Shown in pieces: positions 14,206 to 35,650 of a stretch of 64,000 nt of DNA; the stretch's first letter is position 1; the number at the start of each line of letters is the position of its first letter. Origin of the DNA: the human T2T-CHM13v2.0 reference genome, Homo sapiens; assembly GCA_009914755.4 (NCBI GenBank), contig CP086569.2, positions 17,952,001 through 18,016,000 on the forward strand, given 5' to 3'. The notes under the pieces are model-generated. The model was given only the letters and a program-made list of their open reading frames with translations. It was not told the DNA's origin and did not search any database. Made by a program: the position numbers and the translations under genes.

Positions 14206-14641
14206 TTTTCAGACTTAGTGACAGTAAAAGAAGATCACGACTTCTAGTAATGAAAGTGGAGCAACATTATAAGTCTAATCCAGTGGGAATATGAAGTATT
14301 CATGTATTGCATATGATTCTCTTGTCCAACAATTAATGTTTGGAAAGAGGTCACTTGACATCCCTTATTGTTTTAGAAATTGTATTTTTTAGTGCAAATG
14401 AAAGCACTTCAAAAATGATGTGGTATAATATGAAGTAAATGAATATAGACATTATTACCATCACCTGGCACTGAGAGGAAGGAACCCTCCAGTAGAGAGG
14501 AATGGTCTAGGAGAGCTTGGTTTCATTGGTAAGATGCATACTGTGGAGTGACATGAAATTTACTACGGCTCTCTACAAACAAATAAGATTTTCTCTTTCC
14601 TAAATGTCTTGTTCCACCCTTTTCCTGCAATCTGAACAGCT

Positions 14642-14965
14642 AAGCAAAGTCTCCCTTCTTTGTTAAATATTGTTGTTGTTAATTTTTGGATAAAACTTCA
14701 TGGATCATCATTTACTACTGTTATAGGAAGTAACTTGTACATGATTGGGTATGGATGCTTATGTATATATTATATATTAAGTTTAAATTTGGGTATAAAT
14801 AGAGCTAAGCAGTCTCCTTTCTTTGTTATATATTGTCATAATTTTTGGATAAATCTTCATGGATCATCATTTACTACTGTTATAGGAAGATACTTGTACA
14901 TGATTGTGTATGGATGCTCATGAAATATTATATATAAAGTTTAAATTTGGATATAAATACAAATA
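14642..14965. repeat. tandem duplication, two copies of a unit of about 160 bp
   Basis: agcaaagtctcccttctttgttaaatattg...catggatcatcatttactactgttataggaag...gggtataaatag is repeated as agctaagcagtctcctttctttgttatatattg...catggatcatcatttactactgttataggaag...ggatataaatac. ORF 14660..14923 is an artefact of this duplication. Confidence 0.85.
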
Positions 14966-15636
14966 TGCATATAAATATATATGTCCACTTCCAGACCAGT
15001 ATAGCAGACTGAATGTTGAAAAACCCTGTCTTTAAATTAGTATAAATCAAAATGTTTTTTGCATCAATTAAAATATTACATGGTTAAGCTGTGCATTTGT
15101 AAAAATAATTTACTCTTTGCATTTAAAAATTAATTTGCTCTCTCTGTTTGAATTTTTTTAACTTCATTAGTTAGGTAAATGCTTCATAGGGTAGTGGGCT
15201 GGTTGCATATGTTGTAGGAAACACAAAAATGAACGAGATAAATCCCTGACTCAGTAAGCTTATATCACAGGGCCTAAGATTTTACACATTTTGTTCTTCA
15301 ATTACATTATGCATTACAGTCATTTTAAAATATTTAAAGAATTGAAACTGCAAAATTTATTTTTAAAAATCAATTAAATATCTGCTTTCAGTTTATTCTA
15401 AATGGTCAATAATACAGTTTTTTTTTTTTTTTTTATACTTTAAGTTTTAGTGTACATGTGCACATTGTGCAGGTTAGTTACTTATGTATACATGTGCCAT
15501 GCTGGTGCGCTGCACCCACTAACGTGTCATCTATCATTAGGTATATCTCCCAATGCTATCCCTCCCCCCTACCCCGACCCCACAACAGTCCCCAGAGTGT
15601 GATATTCCCCTTCCTGTGTCCATGTGATCTCACTGT

Positions 15637-19503
<3,867 letters not shown>

Positions 19504-19539
19504 TTAGTTGATGCAGTTTCTTCCTAGTCTCGATGGTCT

Positions 19540-20556
19540 TTACATTTTGGCATGATTTTGCAGCGGCTGGTACCGGTAGTTCCTTTCCATGTTTAGCGCT
19601 TCCTTCAGGAGCTCTTTTAGGGCAGGCCTGGTGGTGACAAAATCTCTCAGCATTTGCTTGTCTATAAAGTATTTTATTTCTCCTTCACTTATGAAGCTTA
19701 GTTTGGCTGGATATGAAATTCTGGGTTGAAAATTCTTTTCTTTAAGAATGTTGAATATTGGCCCCCACTCTCTTCTGGCTTGTAGGGTTTCTGCCGAGAG
19801 ATCCGCTGTTAGTCTGATGGGCTTTCCTTTGAGGGTAACCCGACCTTTCTCTCTGGCTGCCCTTAACATTTTTTCCTTCATTTCAACTTTGGTGAATCTG
19901 ACAATTATGTGTCTTGGAGTTGCTCTTCTCGAGGAGTATCGCTGTGGCGTTCTCTGTATTTCCTGAATCTGAACGTTGGCCTGCCTTGCTAGATTGGGGA
20001 AGTTCTCCTGGATAATATCCTGCAGAGTGTTTTCCAACTTGGTTCCACTCTCCACATCACTTTCAGGTACACCAATCAGACGTAGATTTGGTCTTTTCAC
20101 ATAGTCCCATATTTCTTGGAGGCTTTGCTCATTTCTTTTTATTCTTTTTTCTCTAAACTTCCCTTCTCGCTTCATTTCATTCATTTCATCTTCCATTGCT
20201 GATACCCTTTCTTCCAGTTGATCGCATCGGCTCCTGAGGCTTCTGCATTCTTCACATAGTTCTCGAGCCTTGGTTTTCAGCTCCATCAGCTCCTTTAAGC
20301 ACTTCTCTGTATTGGTTATTCTAGTTATACATTCTTCTAAATTTTTTTCAAAGTTTTCAACTTCCTTGCCTTCGGTTTGAATGTCCTCCCGTAGCTCAGA
20401 GTAATTTGATCGTCTGAAGCCTTCTTCTCTCAGCTCGTCAAAATCATTCTCCATCCAGCTTTGTTCCGTTGCTGGTGAGGAACTGCGTTCCTTTGGAGGA
20501 GGAGAGGCGCTCTGCGTTTTAGAGTTTCCAGTTTTTCTGTTCTGTTTTTTCCCCAT
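19540..20556 (-). CDS. L1 ORF1p, intact 338-aa ORF (MGKKQNRKTGNSKTQSASPPPKERSS...NHAKM)
   Basis: The six-frame ORF matches L1HS ORF1p at all but a handful of residues. It is followed by a 63-bp inter-ORF spacer and then the ORF2 ATG at 19476. Confidence 0.9.
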   Translation of the reverse strand: MGKKQNRKTGNSKTQSASPPPKERSSSPATEQSWMENDFDELREEGFRRSNYSELREDIQTEGKEVENFEKNLEECITRITNTEKCLKELMELKTKARELCEECRSLRSRCDQLEERVSAMEDEMNEMKREGKFREKRIKRNEQSLQEIWDYVKRPNLRLIGVPESDVESGTKLENTLQDIIQENFPNLARQANVQIQEIQRTPQRYSSRRATPRHIIVRFTKVEMKEKMLRAAREKGRVTLKGKPIRLTADLSAETLQARREWGPIFNILKEKNFQPRISYPAKLSFISEGEIKYFIDKQMLRDFVTTRPALKELLKEALNMERNYRYQPLQNHAKM

Positions 20557-21462
20557 CTTTGTGGTTTTATCTACTTTTGGTCTTTGATAATGGTGATGTA
20601 CAGATGGGTTTTTGGTGTAGATGTCCTTTCTGGTTGTTAGTTTTCCTTCTAACAGACAGGACCCTCAGCTGCAGGTCTGTTGGAATACCCTGCCGTGTGA
20701 GGTGTCAGTGTGCCCCTGCTGGGGGGTGCCTCCCAGTTAGGCTGCTCGGGGGTCAGGCGTCAGGGACCCAATTGAGGAGGCAGTCTGCCCGTTCTCAGAT
20801 CTCCAGCTGCGTGCTGGGAGAACCACTGCTCTCTTCAAAGCTGTCAGACAGGGACACTTAAGTCTGCAGAGGTTACTGCTGTCTTTTTGTTTGTCTGTGC
20901 CCTGCCCCCAGAGGTGGAGCCTACAGAGGCAGGCAGGCCTCCTTGAGCTGTGGTGGGCTCCACCCAGTTCGAGCTTCCCGGCTGCTTTGTTTACCTAAGC
21001 AAGCCTGGGCAATGGCGGGCGCCCCTCCCCCAGCCTCGTTGCCGCCTTGCAGTTTGATCTCAGACTGCTGTGCTAGCAATCAGCGAGATTCCTTGGGCGT
21101 AGGACCCTCTGAGCCAGGTGTGGGATATAGTCTTCTGGTGCGCCGTTTTTTAAGCCGGTCTGAAAAGCGCAATATTCGGGTGGGAGTGACCCGATTTTCC
21201 AGGTGCATCCGTCACCCCTTTCTTTGACTCGGAAAGGGAACTCCCTGACCCTTGCGCTTCCCAGGTGAGGCAATGCCTCGCCCTGCTTCGGCTCACGCAC
21301 GGTGCGCGCACACACTGGCCTGCGCCCACTGTCTGGCACTCCCTAGTGAGATGAACCCGGTACCTCAGATGGAAATGCAGAAATCACCCGTCTTCTGCGT
21401 CGCTCACGCTGGGAGCTGTAGACCGGAGCTGTTCCTATTCGGCCATCTTGGCTCCTCCTCCC
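20557..21462 (-). promoter_or_regulatory. L1 5'UTR (internal sense promoter with YY1 site at the extreme 5' end, and the antisense-promoter region)
   Basis: Reverse complement of the L1PA 5'UTR (ggaggagccaagatggccgaataggaacagctccggtctacagctcccagcgtgagcgacgcagaagacgg...). The region is CpG-rich. Function is inferred from L1 biology. Confidence 0.7.
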
Positions 21463-24415
21463 AGATTTTTTTGATGTGTTTTTTTTTCCCTAAGAAGAAC
21501 AAAATAAACATTGTACTTACCAGATTTTAAGCGTCATCCTGTTTAGATGCATTTTACATAATATTTTCCATGCACTAAGAAAGATAAGAATATTTCTATC
21601 TTTAAATTTATTTTTACCTATCCTGCAATCAATTTATCTTATGGAATCACTGGCTTGTCTATAGTAAAATACAGAAGCAATGATTACTTTTGCACTTTAT
21701 TGTTCAGTATTTTGTGGTGAGTTTCTGAGTGAACTAGTTAATGTTGTTATGGAGACATTATACTTTAACCAAAGTGATTTAGTTTGTTTCATACATCATG
21801 TAGTGCTATTGCTCTAATCTGTTTGATTCTGGAGTTTGCTTATGAAGCCAAGGAAAATTTATACCTTATGGAACTCACCCAAGGACAAGATAAGAATGAA
21901 GAATTAGTCAAGAAGGCAGAATAGCTTTGATGTACTTCATCTCTGAGTCATTCTAATTGGATTCTGGTTTCTATCCGTGACCAACCAATGCTTAAATAAG
22001 TGGGGAAAACATTGCTTTCACCTCTGAGGCCAGCGAAATGATGACTAATTGGTTGCACAACAATCTGTTACAGACCTTCTGCTTGAAAGGTTATTACCCT
22101 TCTGCTGTCCTTCAGCAGAAACATGATTAGTTTTCAAACCCTTGTTTATTTAACTCAGTCATCCTATGTAGCTTTCTCTAGTGGATTCAGTAATATACCT
22201 TACAAATGGATTTCAGATATTGAAATAGAAATAGCCATTTAACTCCTTGAAAACAAATTTGGTAAAAGGAAGACAAAAGAATAGTCCTTAATTTACTAGT
22301 GAATGACCACACATAAGTGTTCTTAGAGAAACCACTTACCTGTTGTTTATTGAATAAGGTTAAGGTTCCTCCCTTCTCAGCTCTTGGGAAAGTTTGCTGA
22401 GAAAGTGAGACAGACAGTCCTTTCAACTTTTCTCTATGTTCTGGACTCCAAGTTCATAACCGTTTGGGCTCTTAATTCTTGAAACAACCCTGTGAGGTGG
22501 GGCATATTTCTGTACCCATTCTTTAAATAAAAACAATGTATCTTTTTAAGACTATTCAATTTATCTGTCATCATAGAGTGATTATGAATTACATAACTGG
22601 AGCTGAATTACAAACAGAGACATGTCTTTTATGGTACTGTATGCAGGGAAAAGAGCTGGGAAAAAGGAACATTTTGGTTAGCAGGCAATTAAAGGCTAAA
22701 TTAAGATAGATTCTGTACTCAAAAAAATTATGGTGCATGATTTAATATAAATACAAGGAGTTTTTCTTGGAAAAATACAGCTATGACTCAAACTCCAAAA
22801 AGGATTGACATTTTGTTTTGTTCTTTTCCAATTTGCAAATATATGAAGGTATGTATTTGGTAATGACTTAAGATTTTTTCTGAGCTATAGAGGTAAAGAT
22901 TCAACTCGATGTAAATCAGACACTGTGAGTAATCAAAAGCAAGAGAACATGAGGTTATGTTACTGAATTCATTGAAATCAATCGTGACCTCTGGCTACAA
23001 CCTACACTCCAAGAAGTCACTGCAGTTTCTAGCTCCCAAACTTGTTAATCTAATGCAGAGATTTACACCACTAGTTTTCATTAAAAAAAAAGAACAGATA
23101 CTGAAGAATTTAGGTTTTAATGGTTTAGTCTCTGACACAAGTGCTCAACTCTTTCCTTCTGTGAAAACGGCAATAAGCCATGTATAAATGAATGGGCATA
23201 GCTGTGTACCAATTAAACTTTATTTACAAAAAGAGGCTTTAGATGGCCGGATGTGGCCCATGGGTCATGCTAATTTCATAGGAACAGGAGTGTCAAACAG
23301 GCATAAATAGTAACAAATATGTATATGATTGTATACTTAGAAATGTAAAGAAAGACTAATGTTAATGTCCCCAAATAAACAAATATTGAACAAAAAATGA
23401 CACACATTTTACTGCAGCTTTACCCATGTATCTTGGCCCATCTTATATCTTCCTCTTTCAAAACCTGTTTACAAAATTCTCCATTCAAAGTTTATTTCTA
23501 TATTATACAGCATTGTATGACATCATATTTTTATGAGAAACATTTATTCAAGTGCTACCTAGCACGGTGTTAAGAAAATTACAGATCTTTAATAAATGTC
23601 TGTTGAATACAATTGTACTGATAAGAAATGTGTCAGGTGATTCTCAGAAGATAGAAATGAATGTTCTACTTCATTGACCATCCAGGTAACTGGAAATAAT
23701 ATTGAACTTTATAGATGCACATAAATAGGACTTAATTAGCAGAGGAAAATTCTATGGTCATTGGTTCTATGATAACTCTACTATCATTAATGGTCAAAGT
23801 TAGTTAAGTCTTGCTTTTATAAAATAGCAACCTACCCCAAATTCAGATATTGATTTTAAAAAATAATTTTTTTAAATTATAGTGAGCTATGTATAAGTTT
23901 CTAATGCAGTTTCTGATTTCTGCCCTATAAGACAGAAATAGTTTAAATTTACATGGCAAAAAAACAAACAACAACAAACAAAACAAAACACCACTGGAAC
24001 AAAGTCAAAAAATCTGAAAAGGAGTAGTAAAAACCTACAAAAAAATCTATGATAATTCCTGTACTTCAGTATTGCCACAAATAAGATGGTGTTATGGAAT
24101 AGAATAAAGTCCACAAATCATGCTAAATATTTACAGAAACTTGGAGTGTGAAAATATCATATGTTAGTTCTACAGGAAAAGCATGTTTATTTATAAATGG
24201 TGCTAGTATTTTATAAATGGTGATGGTCTTTTACAGATGAGAAACATTTTAAGCTAGCCCCAAAGATAGTGAAATATACAAAATTAAAATGAAAAAAATA
24301 TAAAATCTTAAAAAGTTAAAATGTCCAGGAAGTAAAATAAAGTTAAATAAAGTTTAAAAAATTAAATAATTTAAATAAAGTTAAATAAAGTTAAAAAAAA
24401 GTTAAAGTAAAATAA

Positions 24416-26272
<1,857 letters not shown>

Positions 26273-26385
26273 CAGGAAAGAAATTTTTAAATTTTTTATT
26301 TTAATTTCAGTTCTAGAAAATTTTTAAAAAGACATATACACAAAATCTGGAGCGTAAACTCTGTGTTTGAGAAGCCGGGGAATAG

Positions 26386-26749
<364 letters not shown>

Positions 26750-27142
26750 GTGCACTTCTTTCACATTGCCCTCCACCCCAGATGGTTGACACAGGTATGA
26801 GAGGGCCAGGAAGAGGGTGTCTGTCTGTTACAGGGGGTCTGTCTGCTGGAGCTGTTGTCAAGATTGCCCTAACAGCAGCACTCATGTGATGCCATCTGTT
26901 GTTTCATCCCACCCTGTTATCAGGAGGCATTATAGTACCTCTTCAGCACTCAAAGCATAGCCTGAGTGAACTTGAAAATCACCTGAAGCCTGTGCTGCTA
27001 ACCCAACGTTTAAAGAAAAAGGTGACAAACACACTGGCCCATGTTAGTTACTATGTTAGTAACTGCCCTAACAGTTAGTGCTGTTTTTGATTTCCAAATT
27101 AAGAGATTTTGTTGTCATTTGAAAGAATCTCTTCTCTGTGTC

Positions 27143-27440
27143 TGGTCCAGTGCAGTGGGTGGTTCATGCCTATAATCCAAGCACTTTGCAAGGACTAGGC
27201 AGGCAGATCACTTGAGGTCAAGAGTTCGAAACCAGCCTGGCCAACATGGTGATCTCCCACCTCCATTAAAAACAGAAAAATCAGCCAGCCTTGGTGGTGC
27301 ATGCCTGTAGACCCAGTAGCTCCGGAGGCTGAGGCAGGGGAATTGTTTGGACCCTGGAGGCAAAGGCTACGGTGAGCTTAGTTCACGCCACTGCCCTCCA
27401 ACCAGGGCAACAAAGCGAGATTCTGTCTGAAAAAAAAGAA
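27143..27440 (+). mobile_element. AluS-like, plus orientation
   Basis: ggtccagtgcagtgggtggttcatgcctataatccaagcactttgcaaggactaggcaggcagatcacttgaggtcaagagttcgaaaccagcctggccaacatggtga...gattctgtctgaaaaaaaag. The orthologous partial copy is at 35468. Confidence 0.9.
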
Positions 27441-28519
27441 CAAAATATCTTCTCGCTGCCTGATTTGTGGCTTCCTGTGCTAGAACAGGCTGTTCTGAGG
27501 CTGATACCCTGAGAACAGGGATATATTGGTTAGACCCTGTACTGTCTTTAGATGCTGACATGGTTTCCCTTCTGTACCCAAGACAGACAAGAATTTTGAG
27601 TGCTGATTTCCATAAACATCTCGTAGGCAGAGGTGCACTTAGTTGGTCCCTGTGCCTGGATGAACCTGAGAGAAATTTTCAGTGACGGACTGCAGTGCTT
27701 CACTTGTCTCCCACAGTTCTCCTTTGATCTTGATGGTGCAGTTGTGAATCTTGACAGCTCCTCAGCCCTACGCCATGCAGCAACTTGGGGTGGCAGACAG
27801 TGGAGAAAGTAGAAGATGTCCCCACCAGCCTGTGTCTCTGAAGATCTTTGAGCACCAGAGAACACACACATCCTGCCTAGATGTCCCCATTTGTGTCTGC
27901 CTTCCCTCTTTTCAGGCTTACTTAACAGGGTAGGAGTCTCATGGATTAGGAAATTGCTCTGGCAAATCATCTGACTTGAGAACTTGCCTGGTGAGGGAAG
28001 ATGCTATGTCTTTTGGGGACACTGTGAGGCCAGCATCAGAACACATGAGATAGGGACAGCAATAGGATCCATATAGAAGGAGGCAGTTTAAAGCAAAGAG
28101 GAAAATAGGGTAACAGGGTAAAGGGCAGATTGAAAGGTCTGGTTCAGTGCCAAAGGAAGAGGACAGTGGACATTGTAAGGTCCTCACTGACTCAGGATAG
28201 TGAGTTACATGTTCAGTGCTGCAGAATAACTGGATGAAGATCTGGAAGTAGTTGGGAAATAAGAATTCAGAATTGATCAACCTTGCTAGTATCCCAGTTC
28301 CTTGTATTGAGCAGGTAACATGTGCCAGGTGTATTGTGAAGTACCTTACTGCACTATCCATAGTCAGGATTTCATTTAATCTACATCACATGAGCCATCT
28401 CAAGAAGGATAATGTTTTCTTGCCCATTTTCCAGATAAAGAAAGCAAAGATTTAGAGAGATGATAACCAAGTATTTTCAGGCAAGTATTCCAACTCCAGT
28501 GCATACCCCCCTTTAAAAA

Positions 28520-28690
28520 ATGTTTTTAAGAGATGAGGTCTTGCTATGTTGCCCAGGCTGGAGTGCAGCGGCAATTCACAGGGATGATCATAAGATCATA
28601 GCACACAGTACAGTCACTCAAGAAATCCTCCTGCCACAGCCTCCTGAGTAGCTGGGACTACAGACACATGCCACCAACTCTGGCTACCAG
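28520..28690 (-). mobile_element. partial Alu (right-monomer region), minus orientation
   Basis: gagatgaggtcttgctatgttgcccaggctggagtgcagcggc...cctcctgccacagcctcctgagtagctgggactacagacacatgccacc. Confidence 0.7.
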
Positions 28691-29593
28691 TGCACACCCC
28701 CTTAAGCACCACATGAATGATTAGACTGTTCACATAAATGTTGAAGTATAAAGAAGGAAGCATAAGCTATAAATGGGACCCACCCTACATGGGTAGGGAG
28801 AGAGAAGAGGCAGGGTAGGGGGCAACTGGAGAAGTCACACCATCCCAGTTCACATGAATGCCAAGGAGGACTGCTGTCATAGGAAGGCTGGTGTTGAATG
28901 CCTCCTGGCCCTGTTGAGCTGTTCCAGGTGAGCCAGCCAGGTGCAACAGCTTCCTGTTGTCCTGTGTCCCCATTTAGGGACTAAGAAGGGCTTTCTGCTG
29001 CTGTAGTCAGCACATAGCTGTGAAGCTGTTTGGTTTGACTCAGTATGAGAATGCAAGTCAGGTTCTGACTGTTCTCTTTGGCCAAGAGTGCAGTGGGTAC
29101 CTAGGTAATTTGTAAAGGGTAGTTTATCTGATCCTGCTTGGCCACGTGAAATGTCTTTAACAAAGGAATTGAGCTTTGGCCTTATTAAGTCACATACAGC
29201 AATAGTAGACATAGTGAGACCCCTGTACTACAAGGTGCTATATTATTTATTTGGAGGGTTTGTTTGGTTTGTTTCCTTTTTTGTACTAAATTGCTGGAAA
29301 AACTTGATGGGGAGTACTTTTTATTTTTAATACTAGAGGTATTTATTTTTCCATTGCATAGAACAGTACGTTGTTCCTTAATTTTCAGGTAATTTCAAGT
29401 ATTTTCTGCTGCTACTAAAAGAAGCAGTCTTCTTCTGGGGATATATATTTTTGTGCTGGTGGTTGATTTGTTCATTTGTTGAATTTATGTTTACTGATCA
29501 TCTTCTATAGACCAGCTATCATGTCAGCACTAGGAAAACATCCATGAACAGGACAGGTACAGTCCTCAAGGAACTTGCCCCAACTCCCTAACT

Positions 29594-29883
29594 TTTTTTT
29601 TTGAGGTAGGGTCTCTGGCTTAGCCCAGGCTGGAGTGTCGTGGTGAATTCATAGCTCGCTGCAGCCTCTAACACCTGGGCTCAAGAAGTCCTCCCGCATC
29701 AGCCTCCTGAGTAGCTGGGACTACAGGTGTGCACCACCACACCCAGCTAATATTGTGTACAGACAAGGTCTCACTATGTTGCTTAAGCTGGTCTCCAAGT
29801 TCTGGGCTCAAGTGAGCCTCCCACTTGAGGCCAGCACTTGAGCCTCTCAATGTGCTGGAATTACAGGCAGGAACTATGGCATC
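29594..29883 (-). mobile_element. AluJ-like, minus orientation
   Basis: T10 then gaggtagggtctctggcttagcccaggctggagtgtcgtggtgaattcatagctcgctgcagcctctaacacctgggctcaagaagtcctcccgcatcagcctcctgagtagctgggactacagg...ctgggctcaagtgagcctccc. Confidence 0.85.
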
Positions 29884-29973
29884 CATACAAACTTGTATTC
29901 TTTGAGGACACAGATGTGAATAGATTAATTAGTAAGATGGTTTCGACACTGGAACTAGTTGTGATAATGCTGA

Positions 29974-30373
<400 letters not shown>

Positions 30374-30399
30374 TGGGCATTATTGAAAGGAGTTTTATT

Positions 30400-30689
30400 G
30401 AGATATAATTCACATATCAGATAATTAATTCATTTAAAGGCTGCAGTTTAATTTAATTTTATTTTTCAGTAATTTACAGGGCTGTACAAGCATCACCAGT
30501 TTCTAATTTTAGAATACATTTGTACCCCAGGAGAAAAAACTCCATACTCATTACAGCAGGCCCTCTCAACCTCTCTTCCCCTTCCACGCTTAGGCAACCC
30601 CAATCTACTTTCTGTCTGTAAATATATGCCTATTCTGAACATTTCAAATAAATGTCTTCTGTGACTGGCTGTTTTTGCTTAGATAATGT

Positions 30690-30690
<1 letters not shown>
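30400..30690 (-). mobile_element. old L1 (L1M/L1P) 3'-region fragment, minus orientation, abutting the satellite
   Basis: ttttattgagatataattcacatatcag...cagcaggccctctcaacctctcttccccttccacgcttaggcaaccccaatctactttctgtctgtaaatatatgcctattctgaacatttcaaataaatg is a typical reverse-complement L1 3' region. Confidence 0.6.
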
Positions 30691-32639
<1,949 letters not shown>

Positions 32640-32640
<1 letters not shown>

Positions 32641-34978
32641 TAGAAGAGTGTCCTGCACAGTGGAGACACAGGGAGCATGTCCTGCACAGGGGAGAAACAG
32701 AAAGTGTGTGCTGTATAAGGGAGAAACCAGAAGTGTGTTATCTGCAGTGGTGACACAGGTTGTGTGTCCTACATAGGGGACAAACAGAAAATGTGTCCTT
32801 AACAGGGGAGAAGAGCATCCTGCACAGTGAAGGAACATAAAGGGTATGCTGAACAGGGGAGGAACAGAAAGTGTGCCCTGAACAGAAGAGGAACAGAAAG
32901 TGCATCCTGCCTAGAAGAGTAACAGGAAGTTTGTCCTGCACAGGGGAGAAACAGGAAGTGTGTCCCCAGCAGGGAAGACACAGGAAGTGTCTCCCTAACA
33001 TGGGAGAAAAAGGAAGTGTGTCCTTAACAGGGGAGAAATAGGAAGTATTTCCTGCACAGTGGAGACACAGAAAATATGTCCAGCAGAGGGGAGGAACAAG
33101 AAGTGTGTCCTACACAGTAGAGGTGCAGAAAGTGTGTGCTGCATGGGGGTGAATGAAGAAGTGTGTCTGCCAGAGAGGAACTACAGGAAGTGTCTCCAGT
33201 AGAAGAAAGAAACAGGAAGTATGCCCTGCCTAGTGGAGGAAGAGAAATTTTGTCCTCCACAGGGGAGAAACAGGAAGTTTGCTTTTAACTGGGTAGAAAC
33301 AGGAAGTATGTCCTTTTCAGTGGAGAAAAAGAATGTATGTGGGGCACAAGGGAGAAAGAGGAAGTATGACCCTACAGGGGAGACACAGGAAGTGTGTCCT
33401 GGAGAGGGAGAAACAAGAAGTGTATGGAGCACATGGAGAAAAAGGATGTATGTGGGGCACAAGGGAGAAAGTGGAATTATGACCCCACAGGGGAGACACA
33501 GGAAGTGTGTCCTGGAAAGGGAGAAACAAGAAGTGTGTGGAGCACATGGGAGAAACAGGAAGTGCATCCTTAACAGGACAAACAAGAAGTGTGTCCTGAA
33601 CAGGTTAGGAAGAGTAAGTATGTACCCGACAGAGAAGACACAAGAACTGTGTTCTTAGCAGGGGAGAAACAGGAAGTGTGTCCTTAGCTGAGGAGAAACT
33701 GCAAGTGTGTCCTTAACAGGAGAGAAATAGGAAGTGTGTCCTGCACAGTGGAGGAACAGAAAGTGTGTGTTATGTAGGGGAGAAAGAGAAAGTGTATCCC
33801 CCAAAGAGGAGAATCAGGAAATGTGTCTTGCACAGGAAAGGAGCAGAAAGTGTCTGCTGCACAGGGGAGAAACCAGAAGTATGTTACCCTTAGTGGGGAC
33901 AAAGAAAGTGTGACCTGGAACAAAAAATAGGAAGTGTGTCCTTAACAGGAGAAATAGGAAGTATGTCTTGCACAGAGGAGGAACAGAAAGTTTTTGCTGT
34001 ACTGGGAAGAATCAGGAAGTGTGTCTTGCACAGAAGAAAAACAGAAAGTATGTTCTGCCTAGAGAAGTAATAGCAAGTGAGTCGGCCACAGTGGAGACAA
34101 AGGAAGTGTGTCCTGCAAAGAGGAGGAACAGGAAGTTTGTCTGCCTCAGGAGAGTAACAGGAAATATGTTCCTTCTCTTGCAGAGAGGAGGAACAGAAAA
34201 TATGTTGCACAGAGGAGATGCCAAAAGTCTGTTACCTACAGTGGTGACACAAGAAGTGTGTCCTATGTAGGGGAGAAACAAGAAGTGTGTCCCACACAAG
34301 AGAGACACAGAAACTGTGTCCTGCAAAGGAAAGGAACAGAAAGTGTGAGCAGCAAAGGGAAGAAACAGGAAATGTGCCCCTCACAGGGAAGACATAAGAA
34401 TTGTGTCCTGCACAGGAAAGTAACAGAAAGTATGTTAGGCACAGCATAGAAGCAGGAAGTGTGTCCTGCACAGAAGAGGAACAGAGAGTGTGTTGCACGT
34501 GAGAGAAACCAGAACTGTGTTACACACAGGGGCGACAGAGGAAGTGTGTCCTGCACGTGGGAGAAAGAGGAAGTGAGTCCCACACAGATGAGACACAGGA
34601 AGTGTGTTCCACACAGCAAAGACACAGGAAGATTGTGCTGCACAGGGGAGAAAGAGGAAGTGTGTGCTGCACAGGGGAGAAACAGAAAGTATGTCCTGCA
34701 CAAGGGAGGAACAGGAAGTGTGGCCTGCTTAAGGAAGAAAAAGAAAGTTTGTACTGCACAAGCAATGATGAAACAGTGCGTCCTGCACAGAAGAGGAATA
34801 GAAAGTGTGTGCTACACCAGGGAAAAACAGGCAGAGTGTCATGAACATGAAACACAGGAAGTGTGTCCTGCACAGAGGAGGAACAGAAAGTGTGTGCTGG
34901 ACAGGGGAGGAACAGGAAGTGTGTCCTGAACCAAAGATGAACAGAAAGTGCCTCCTGCCCAGTAAAGTAACAGGAATG
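32640..34978. repeat. 29-bp satellite, block 4 (forward orientation), beginning at the inversion junction
   Basis: After ...ctgtgcaggataaacttcttgtgttttagtagaagag the units flip to tgtcctgcacagtggagacacagggagcatgtcctgcacagggg. The block ends ...cctgcccagtaaagtaacaggaatgaaatag, paralogous to 25950-25975. Confidence 0.9.
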
Positions 34979-35467
34979 AAATAGTTAAATTTTTGGTTTT
35001 AATTTAAGTTTTAGAAAATTACCAAAAAAGAAGCATATACAAAATCCAGAGTGTAAACTTCCCATGTTTGAGAAAACAGTGAATAGCCAGAGAATGGTCA
35101 GTGACACTACCTGAGATACTGCAGTCATGTGGGCGCATTTCTTTCACATTGCCCTCCACCCTAGAAGGTTGACATGGGTAAGAGAGGGAGGGGCAGGGAG
35201 AGTGCGTGGGTCTGTCTGTCTGGAGCTGTTGGCAAGACTGCACAAACAGCAGTGTTCATGTGATGCCACCTATTGTTTCATCCCACCCTGCTATCAGGAG
35301 GCATTGTAGTACCTCTGCAGTACTCAAAGGCATAATCTGAATGAACTTGAAAATAACCTGAAGTCTGTGATGCTAACCTAAATTTTAAAGAAGGTGACAA
35401 ACATACTGTCCTCATTAGTGCTGTCCAATTTCCACATTCAGAAGTCTGGTTGTCATTTGGAAGAATC

Positions 35468-35650
35468 TGTTCTCTGTGCCTGGTCGAGCACAGTGGGTGG
35501 CTTATGCCTGTAATACCAGCACTTTGGGAAGTCAAGGCAGTTGGATCACTTGAGGTCAGGAGTTCAAAACTAGTCTGGCCCACATGGTGATACCCCATCT
35601 CCATAAAAAATACAAAAATTATCCAGGTGTGGTGGTGCACGCCTGTTGTG
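35468..35650 (+). mobile_element. partial Alu (left part only), paralogue of the Alu at 27143
   Basis: ctggtcgagcacagtgggtggcttatgcctgtaataccagcactttgggaagtcaaggcagttggatcacttgaggtcaggagttcaaaactagtctggcccacatggtga... is truncated at about 35650 where the junction sequence resumes. Confidence 0.8.

Noticed and set aside
14660-14923. 87-aa ORF with an internally repeated peptide
   Set aside because: It is produced by the 160-bp tandem duplication in AT-rich DNA. It has no homology.
20559-21530. Plus- and minus-strand ORFs (100, 94, 92 and 88 aa) in a GC-rich stretch
   Set aside because: They lie entirely within the L1 5'UTR (CpG-rich, minus-strand element). They are spurious frames with no homology recalled.
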